In this document: piece after piece, positions 51,360 through 60,410 of the stretch | Numbering within the stretch: the stretch's first letter is position 1 | How the letters are laid out: the number at the start of each line of letters is the position of its first letter | From: Octopus bimaculoides | Lineage: Eukaryota | DNA: 60,410 nucleotides | Direction of reading: 5' to 3' | NCBI RefSeq assembly: GCF_001194135.2 | Contig: NC_068990.1 | Span: 18,483,629-18,544,038 of the forward strand | Made by a program: the position numbers and the translations under genes | The notes under the pieces: model-generated | What the model was told of the DNA's origin: nothing | What the model saw: the letters and a program-made list of their open reading frames with translations, nothing else | The model's database searches: none

Positions 51360-53151
51360 CCTATCTATCTATCTATCTCTATCTCTCTACATCTTGTCTG
51401 TCTATCGCCTGTATGACTGCAGTCTCTCTCTCTCTCTCATATATGTGTGTGTCTGTGTGTGTGTGTGCATATATACTTACATATGATAGATACAATTGAA
51501 AAAGATAGACAAGAAACAGGTAAAGGGAATTCAGGCGAATTCGGTTTGATGAAAAAACACGGAGATTCAATCCACCCACATTTTCAAGTATTCCAAAGAA
51601 ACACTCAATCTGGTCGATCTCGAAATATCGCATGAGTAATTCAGGTGATGGAATAATGCTCAAGAGTCCAACGTCCTCGTGGTGATTATTAAACGTCGTT
51701 TTGTCAGCCTTGACTTGTTCTTGCTATATTAACATACTTGGATTCCTTCTCTTCGCATATGCATTTTATCAGTTCTTAGGCTTGTAAATACTCCGACGCA
51801 CCTATCCTTTAGTAGTATACAATTCTGATTACACTATACGCTATATATAACCACAATAAGAAGATTTTTTTTACATGTTTCTCAAAACAAAATAATCGTA
51901 TGATCCATGCTGTTTATTTTCAATCGTATATTTGTTCCCAATAACTATCAGTATATTGAGTATAGAGTGTAGAGATCTCGAGTACAGAATATAATGTTTT
52001 AAGTATATGATATACCCCGGTTAGACGGTTTCTGATCGATGTTGAAAACATTTCTTTTACATTACACAGATAATGCTTTCGTGGGGAAAGGTATGCATGA
52101 CACTATGTTTTACTCTGATATATTCGTGACATAGATAAATCGACAGTTTATGTTGAAAAGTAAACCAGTATTTTCTAACTTATTTCAGATGACTACTGTA
52201 GCGCAACGGGTAAACTGTCAACTACCTTGATTCTGTAAAATGGTGTTGGATATCGGCGGTAGCTTATTTATTGAAATTACTTTTACCTGTTCATTTAGAT
52301 TAAGCTGACAACACATGAACATATCAAATTCTCTAGCCTTTGTTTCAAACCAGAGACATTTCGAGTCAACAACAAAAATCAATATTTATAGTTTCATATG
52401 AGAATATTATTATAGAGAAAGATGCAATCAGCTTCCAGAAGCTGAAAACGCAAACATAACTCAATTCACAATTAGAGCGATTTCATTTCACTTTTCACGT
52501 TTATTCTCTGGAGAACTGCATGAATCTATCAAATTCCTATTCACCTCTAGCCCTACATCATGTAATTAGGTACACCTGGGTGTTATAAATCACTGCAGCT
52601 TGATGACACTGCACTGTTATAAAAGCAGGTACGCTGCAGTGTGTAGTGATAGGGCTGTTATGTAAATAGGCAAACAAGTGTATCTTTGCGTCTTGGCAAC
52701 AGAAAAGAAAGTGAGCGTTTATTTAGAAAATGGTAGTTATTCCCAATTACTTCATGTATAATGTAAATGTATGTTTGTTATAATATAAAATAAGTTACTA
52801 GCAATCTTGCTGTGCTTCGTTGGGTAACATTTACAGAATTAATTTAATTTCTTGCAAGATGTTGCATGAACGCCGTTAATGATAACTAATTAAGAAAATT
52901 TATTTATTAATCCTCTCAAATATATAATAGCTTTAACTTTCAGCGTTAGATATTTCGAAAACATGCAAACTTAATACATAAAATATATACTCAATCATCT
53001 GTCCCCCATTACCTGAAACCACTGACGTATTAAAATTCGAAACCAATATTACAACTCATATCTTAATACAGCTCATTGTGACACTTACATCAGGTTTTTC
53101 GCCTATTGATGATCAAGTTAAAATCAGTCAGCTTCAAAACTTCATTTGCTG

Positions 53152-53225
53152 TTGGTCTGCAGGCGATATTTATTATATTGGTCTGCAAGAAATATTTATT
53201 ATATTGGTCTGCAAGAATTATTTAC
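53152..53225. repeat. 26-bp tandem repeat, 3 copies
   Basis: TTGGTCTGCA starts at 53152, 53178 and 53204. Confidence 0.9.
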
Positions 53226-54353
53226 ATTCAGTTCAATAGCTACTCCAAAAGCTACCTCAACAGCTACTCCAACATATCGACTGTGTATGTTCGTGAAGGT
53301 ACAAATTATATCATTTGATAGAAATTTATAGAGCCAAAATATTACAAACTGATCGACGTACACTAAAGACAAAGTAACATAGTGGGCAGAGAAAAAAAAC
53401 AGGACATTTCGCTTAGTAGCATGAGAAAATTTAGAATTTGTAATGTTTGAATCGATGTCGTGAAAACGGAATGCTATACAAAACCTACAAATTTCGAGAA
53501 ATAACCGATTGAACACAATAACACACGATATCTGTTATTGTATTCTACTATTCAAAGTCTTGTACATGATTTAATATCATCGACTTATTATTTACAAACT
53601 CCAGTCACATAACTTTTCTGCTGTTGGTTTGGGCAGCTGCATTTTATGGAAAATCACGAAATTCTAGTTTTCTGACCGGAAAACACTGACCTATTTCCTT
53701 TTACATTCAATAGTCAAACCGCTGAGTCTAATCACATAAAATATTCATATCTTCTATTCAACATTACAATAAATCAATTTCAGAGACATTAATACATAAG
53801 AATACTTGATATATTTGGAAGAATTAAATAAGATTCCACGACATACAGGGAACTTACATTGGAGTTTAATGATATATATATATATATATGTATGTATGCA
53901 TGTATTATAGGTAATATATTTCCATGTCTATACGTATTACATATAAAATAATTATGTTTGTATATTTATACGCATTTATATATATATGTGTGTGTGTGTG
54001 TGTACACACGCACACGCGTGCACACACTCACAAATACACACACACACACACACTCACACACACACACACACACGCGCACACAACTTTACGAGATAAGAGC
54101 AGTGAAGTGAGGGAATAGCTGTGTATCGAATTAGTTGATAATTGTATCGTTATCTGTTAATTACCTAGGCGACAGTACATCGTCTATCACATATAAATGA
54201 ATATATATATGAGAAGTATTAGTATCCAGAAGAACCAAGGTGGCACCCCCTCATAATATCTTGACCACCAACCAACACTTTTTCCTTTTTTTCCACTTCC
54301 TTACACTTTTTAATTTTCTCTTCCTCGTTCATTGTTTCTTCTTTTCTCACCTT

Positions 54354-54438
54354 TTCCTTTGACCTCTCTCTTCCTTTGACCTCTCTCTTCCTTTGACCTC
54401 TCTCTTCCTTTGACCTCTCTCTTCCTTTGAGCTTTCTC
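54354..54438. repeat. 17-bp tandem repeat TTCCTTTGACCTCTCTC, 5 copies
   Basis: Direct reading. Confidence 0.95.
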
Positions 54439-54479
54439 TTCATTTTAACATGCACATCTCTTCTCCCCTCTATATCCAC

Positions 54480-54885
54480 ATATTTCTACCACTACATTCT
54501 CAAGTTTTCATTCACACCACAAGACCCCTTTGAACGAATAGCACATGGAATCTACGTCTCCAACACTTTCCATTTCTGATGACGAAATATGAACTCCTAT
54601 TGGAATTTACAAACGACGGACAGGAAGCAATTTCTGCCACTTCTACACACCGCTTTCCTTTTATTTCTACATTTATTCTCCTATTTCCCTTTATACTTCT
54701 TATTTCCTTCCTTTTCCAAATGACTCCTCATATTGAACTCTAACATTCATCTATTTTGAACCATCTCACGTCGTCTCTGATGAAGAGATATCCCTAATAT
54801 CCCAGAAACAGATATAAGACTAGCTTTCTCTTTATAGACGTCCTGAAAATTCCACGCAGACTTGGCTTTGGTGTCTCATATTATT
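54480..54885 (+). mobile_element. Penelope-like pseudo-LTR with two hammerhead motifs
   Basis: CTGATGA cores at about 54576 and at 54777, pyrimidine-rich spacer, similarity to 11950-12330. Confidence 0.55.
54773..54820 (+). ncRNA. Type I hammerhead ribozyme motif, slightly decayed
   Basis: GUCU-CUGAUGA-A-GAGAUAU-CCCUA-AUAUCCC-A-GAAAC-AGAU-AUA-AGAC; stem I 4 bp, stem II 6 of 7 bp. Confidence 0.7.
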
Positions 54886-55194
54886 TAACATATATATGCA
54901 TGCATACATACATACATACATACATACATACATACATACATACATACATACATGTGACTAAGTTCACAAAAATCCGTTTAATAAGCATACATTCAGTCTC
55001 ACTATGTAAATAATACACACACTGTTGAGAAACCACAGAGCGTTAACCATAGGACCAACCTGAAAACAACTTGTCTAGTCTCCAATGGACATCACTGTTG
55101 TTTTAGAGGTGTCTACTAGTTCATCCTGCAGAGAGTACGCTTTGGTTTAGTTACTGGGTATATGCACACAACAAGCATGCTGAATGTATCTCTC

Positions 55195-55252
<58 letters not shown>

Positions 55253-56066
55253 TCTCTCTCTATCTATTTAGCTAACTACACACATACACGCATATATATA
55301 TTTGTAAAAAGTGATTACCCCAAAACGATTACCACTTTGCTCTCAGATAGGATTTCAAAATCCTATTCAACAGTTAGCATATAAATCCAATAAAGTTCTC
55401 ATAAATTAAGAACTTCTGAATATATTTCCTTAACCATATAGGTTTCCTAGAATATAAATATTGACAATATTAAAAATAAAGTTTACCCCGAAATAGCCAT
55501 AACATCACCTTTAATTCTATAATTATATACCACCTTTTAAGACCAGCACGTTTCAATTGCACCGATTATAGTACGGTTGCAATTGCAATCCTACTATAAA
55601 ACGGTATTGTCTCTTCAGAGTCTTGATATTCCTCGGTATGGCCATTTAATGATTTTCTTTTATAAACTCTGTGTTGTATAATTTAGAGCTGTCTGTTAAG
55701 TCAGAAGCGAACAATCTCTATTTCAAGTTCTTTTTGGATAATCATTTTCAGTCCATCATTTCAAAACCTTGATAATTATTCATTTATTCTTTGCAAATGT
55801 GAATTTCCTCATGTACAAGCATCTCCATGCTTGCTCCTGTCTAGAATTTATTATACTACCCTTAGATACGAAAATCCTTTAAAATTCTTCTAAACATAAG
55901 TCACATATATTGGTTTCAGGTTTGTATGGTTTTGCAGTACATATTAATCCCCATTTAATCGTTCGTAGAGTCCTTGTTACTGTCTTAAAAGGTGGTACAT
56001 GATTATAGAAGTAAAGGTAATGCTATTGCTACTTCGGAGTAATTCTTATTTTTAATATTGTCAATA

Positions 56067-56204
56067 TTGCTTCCCAACTACATGGTTCCGGGTTCAGTCC
56101 CACTGCGTGGCACCTTCGGCATGTGTCTTCTACTATAGCCTCGGGCCGACCAAAGCCTTGTGAGTGGATTTGGTAGACGGAAACTGAAAGAAGCCCGTCG
56201 TGTA
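56067..56204 (+). mobile_element. Well-preserved family B CORE-type SINE, 5'-truncated
   Basis: GGTTCCGGGTTCAGTCCCACTGCGTGGCACCTTCGGCATGTGTCTTCTACTATAGCC...TTTGGTAGACGGAAACTGAAAGAAGCCCGTCG. Confidence 0.85.
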
Positions 56205-56205
56205 T

Positions 56206-56289
<84 letters not shown>

Positions 56290-56640
56290 NNNNNNNNNNN
56301 NNNNNNNNNNNNNNNNNNNNNNNNNNNNNNNNNNNNNNNNNNNNNNNNNNNNNNNNNNNNNNNNNNNNNNNNNNNNNNNNNNNNNNNNNNNNNNNNNNNN
56401 NNNNNNNNNNNNNNNNNNNNNNNNNNNNNNNNNNNNNNNNNNNNNNNNNNNNNNNNNNNNNNNNNNNNNNNNNNNNNNNNNNNNNNNNNNNNNNNNNNNN
56501 NNNNNNNNNNNNNNNNNNNNNNNNNNNNNNNNNNNNNNNNNNNNNNNNNNNNNNNNNNNNNNNNNNNNNNNNNNNNNNNNNNNNNNNNNNNNNNNNNNNN
56601 NNNNNNNNNNNNNNNNNNNNNNNNNNTGTGTGTGTGTGTG

Positions 56641-56754
56641 TACACGAGGTGATTCTTTCAGTTTCCTTCTACCAAATCCACTCACGGTTTCGGTCGGCCC
56701 GAGGCTATAGTATATGGTTGGGAAGCAAGCTCTTACCACACAGTCACGCCCTGG
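56641..56754 (-). mobile_element. Family B SINE with internal deletion, inverted relative to 56067-56204
   Basis: TTCTTTCAGTTTCCTTCTACCAAATCCACTCAC...GTCGGCCCGAGGCTATAGTA joined directly to TATGGTTGGGAAGCAAGCTCTTACCACACAG. Confidence 0.85.
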
Positions 56755-57089
56755 AAAGAAAGTCCTGTCGAGTAATTAAAATGATCATTTTGAGAGTACT
56801 TATTCAGATATTTACAGTGAAAAATAAGCATTAATTTTCATATTCTTTCTTTATTTGCATATTAGTTTATGCCATACTGGTTAAATCCATATCGATCCTA
56901 CCATTTTAAAATGAGTCAAAGTCAAATGAGTCCATTAAATAGTATGAATTTCTGTATGAATTTCTGATTCGTGGTTTGAATTTCTGATTCGCGGATTATT
57001 CTCGATCAGGACGGTTAAATTCTCTCAATATTGAGCTCCTGAAAACTGTAGTTGAGAGAAATCTGAAGCAATCAGAAATATCAAACCAA

Positions 57090-57798
57090 TTCAATTCAGG
57101 TTATACTTTTATCATAAAACACCTTCATGAGTTAAGAAAAGTATCTAAAAAGGGTCAATGAGTCCCTCATTATCTGATTGTTTAATTAAAATTTGCGCTC
57201 TGTTCACCATTAAAGAGTAGATTGGCTACTAAATCTTTCCTGCGTAGAATCATCAATGGTGATGAAAATTAGGCTCTGTATAATAATAGCCAATAAAAAC
57301 AACCATGGCTAGCACTCAATGGAAAAAGGGTATTTATCCTCAAACCAGGACTACACTCGTTATGCTCTGTGTTGTGACATGAAGGTTGTCCTCTATCATG
57401 AAGTGTTAAACCAAAACGAAACAGATAATGCACCATCATTACTTAGTCCTAAAGGAGTGTTTCTCTTACACGATAATGCAAGACCACATATTGCCCAGGT
57501 CACTCAGGAAAAGATTATGACACAAAATATGGAAGTTTTGTCTCATCCTCCTGACCTTGCTCCACTTGAGGATGACTTTTTTTTTTTTCAGATCACTGCA
57601 TCATTATTTAAAGAGAAGAGATTAAAGATGAAGAAATTAAAGATGACGTTGACTGTTTCTTTGCTTCGAAGCATTTGCCGTCAAATAGAAGGATTTATGT
57701 TATCAATAATGAGAGATAATATCTTCAACGAATATATCAATTAAGACCGAAGAAGCATTTGTTTCTTTCCCATCATGAAATGCGACAAGACTTTTTTT
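57090..57798 (+). mobile_element. Mariner (DD34D-type) transposase pseudogene, 3' part
   Basis: GQ*VPH (WVPH), RIINGDEN* (TGDEKW), LLHDNARPH and EVLSHPPDLAP, with deletions and frameshifts. Confidence 0.85.
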
Positions 57799-58312
57799 TT
57801 TCCCAAACTGATGTTAATATGCATGTGTGTGTGAGTGAGAGAGAGAGAAAGAGAGGAAGAGGACGGAGACAGAGGAATAAAGAGAGGGAGAGAGAGAAAG
57901 AGAGAAACGTTAAAATAAGAATTAAGAATTCAACATCCACAAAGTTCGTTAATTACAGTATTATATACAGTATATTCACTTTCAATTTCTGTCCGACACG
58001 TGTTTCTACTGCATAAATTTCCTAGGATGTGGCATCCGATTGTATCCTGTTGTTTCATTTGCCTTTTGAGTTCATCGAAAGTAAACATATCCATGCGGCT
58101 GTACTCAAGGTGCTGCTACTCCGAGTCTTTGAAGCGAACTGAAGAATTAGCAGTTTGATAGTCTTATTCTAGTTATATTTTATGTGTGTTTCTTGAAGAG
58201 CGTAGCAAATATTGTTGTGAAAAACAAAATGGAATATACTAGAGTACTTGTAAGGTACCTGCCCATATTTAATGTCCCTATCCCATCAAATAATATACAA
58301 ACATACATGCAA

Positions 58313-58356
<44 letters not shown>

Positions 58357-59021
58357 NNNNNNNNNNNNNNNNNNNNNNNNNNNNNNNNNNNNNNNNNNNN
58401 NNNNNNNNNNNNNNNNNNNNNNNNNNNNNNNNNNNNNNNNNNNNNNNNNNNNNNNNNNNNNNNNNNNNNNNNNNNNNNNNNNNNNNNNNNNNNNNNNNNN
58501 NNNNNNNNNNNNNNNNNNNNNNNNNNNNNNNNNNNNNNNNNNNNNNNNNNNNNNNNNNNNNNNNNNNNNNNNNNNNNNNNNNNNNNNNNNNNNNNNNNNN
58601 NNNNNNNNNNNNNNNNNNNNNNNNNNNNNNNNNNNNNNNNNNNNNNNNNNNNNNNNNNNNNNNNNNNNNNNNNNNNNNNNNNNNNNNNNNNNNNNNNNNN
58701 NNNNNNNNNNNNNNNNNNNNNNNNNNNNNNNNNNNNNNNNNNNNNNNNNNNNNNNNNNNNNNNNNNNNNNNNNNNNNNNNNNNNNNNNNNNNNNNNNNNN
58801 NNNNNNNNNNNNNNNNNNNNNNNNNNNNNNNNNNNNNNNNNNNNNNNNNNNNNNNNNNNNNNNNNNNNNNNNNNNNNNNNNNNNNNNNNNNNNNNNNNNN
58901 NNNNNNNNNNNNNNNNNNNNNNNNNNNNNNNNNNNNNNNNNNNNNNNNNNNNNNNNNNNNNNNNNNNNNNNNNNNNNNNNNNNNNNNNNNNNNNNNNNNN
59001 NNNNNNNNNNNNNNNNNNNNN

Positions 59022-59073
<52 letters not shown>

Positions 59074-59314
59074 CATATATGTATGTATATATACAATTTC
59101 ACAAAGAAAAAGTTGACAGTGACTTCGAAACTTCGGCTCCTTCATTAATTAGACTGTCTGATGAAAGCGGGCAAATCGAAATTTTTAAATCAACGTTACC
59201 GTTTCATTGTGGAAGTGAAATATTTACTCTACTTAACACTTTTGAGTAATCTCTCGGTTTAACAATAAATTGTTATGATACAATATAACCTGACATAAAA
59301 CAAGCATTTACATT

Positions 59315-59345
<31 letters not shown>

Positions 59346-59787
59346 GTGTACATGCATATGTATTATAAATCTGCACCACGTACACTCACATACATACACG
59401 ATCGCACACATTTACGAGAATGAAATGGGTGTAATAAATAACTAATTAACTCACCAAATGCTTGGGTATGTAGAACAGAGAGAACCATCCAGAATATAAA
59501 GGATGAACACAGCATGGTGGCCTAATAACATAAAATGAAACAAATGATAAATTTAGAACAAAAATTTTAACCCATTAAAAACAAATTAAAAAAAAACATG
59601 GAAAGGGTTTGAATGATTTGGTCATAGTAATTAAATACATGGCATTTTTTCTAATTTAGGGAGGTTATAGTTAATTGATGGATTCTAGGCGTTTATGAGA
59701 ACTTATTTCATCTAATTCGTGTAATAGAAAATAACGTAGGCAGTCATGTGTGGGATTTTAATACAGTAACTTGTATCTTTATGTGTA

Positions 59788-60060
59788 ACCGCGTGGCTTG
59801 GTGATGAGGGATATTTGGTGTACGATCGTAAGGTCGTGTGTTCGCTTCTCGGTAGCGCGTTGTGGCTTTAAGCAAGGTTCTATATTTCACGTTGCTCCAG
59901 TCCACTCAGCAGAAAAAAAAATGAGTTGTACCTGTAATTCAGAGAGCTAGCCTTGTTGCATTGTGTTTCACGCTAATTTTCCCTGAGAACTGCGTAAAGG
60001 ATGCGCGTGTCTGTGGAGTGCTCAGCCATTTGTATGTTAATTTCACGAGCAGACTGTTTG
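59788..60060 (+). mobile_element. tRNA-derived CORE-like SINE (family D)
   Basis: Head CGCGTGGCTTGGTG...GTTCGCTTC, then GCTTTAAGCAAGG...TTTCACGTTGCTCCAGTCCACTCAGC...AATGAG. Confidence 0.6.
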
Positions 60061-60064
60061 CCAT

Positions 60065-60290
60065 TTGTCTTGTATCTTTTACATTTTACTTGTTCCAGTT
60101 ATTGGACTGCGGCCTTGAAGGATTTAGTCGAATAAATCGATCCCAGATTTTTTGTTTTTGTTTTTTAAGGTATGATACTTATGCTGTCGGACTCCTTAAC
60201 AGTTTGGCAACCTAAACAAACCAACTATGGCTGTCAAGCGATGAGGAGTGGAGAGGAACAAAGACATAAAAGGTCTCCCACACGTGCATA
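60065..60290 (-). mobile_element. SINE 3' module (family C tail)
   Basis: TTTTACTTGTTCCAGTTATTGGACTGCGGCCTTGAAGGATTTAGTCGAATAAATCGATCCCAG. Confidence 0.6.
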
Positions 60291-60410
60291 CATACATACA
60301 TTTTAATATATATATTTATATTATTATATGATCGAAGGCCACGCATCCTTTTCCAAGAAAGTTTTATCTTAATAATTACGATGCGCACTCTTCTACTATC
60401 TCTTCTCCGT

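Noticed and set aside
52192-52263. 72-nt tRNA-shaped segment with A-box-like TAGCGCAACGG and a plausible acceptor stem
   Set aside because: D, anticodon and T arms do not pair and the B box is broken; at most a decayed tRNA or SINE head.
59155-59195. CTGATGA-AAGCGGGCAAATC-GAAAT hammerhead-like spacing
   Set aside because: Stem II, the cleavage triplet and stem I do not form.
1619-59249. Long ORFs made of YI/HT/CV/SL/RE repeats or X runs (for example 5433-6419, 13944-14531, 19052-20179, 56029-56834, 58180-59249)
   Set aside because: They are translations of microsatellites and N-gaps and carry no protein-family signal.
1-60410. CRISPR arrays, rRNA, operons or viral genes
   Set aside because: No repeat-spacer arrays or matching motifs seen; the tandem repeats lack unique spacers.

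Overview
AT-rich, microsatellite-dense eukaryotic genomic DNA with 14 N-gaps. I found no supportable host gene, rRNA, true tRNA or CRISPR array. The repeat content (tRNA-derived SINEs including a CORE-type family, Penelope-like elements, R4/Dong-, CR1- and RTE-type LINEs, Tc1/mariner and other DNA transposon relics) resembles octopus genomes, so this is probably intergenic or intronic cephalopod sequence; that assignment is inference from recalled repeat families, not a search. Almost all listed ORFs are microsatellite or gap artefacts, and the real coding signal is decayed transposon sequence. The most interesting layer is non-coding: several type I hammerhead-ribozyme-like motifs of different designs in Penelope-like terminal repeats. 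One (12134-12209, minus) keeps every core nucleotide, one pair is in tandem (54572-54820), and one family shares a non-canonical U at core position 6. A Penelope-like element also carries a Pol III tRNA-like unit upstream of its hammerhead remnant. Other points of note are an HDV-like ribozyme topology, three head-to-tail R4/Dong-like LINEs separated by (AAT)n, and two inverted-repeat structures that could form dsRNA.
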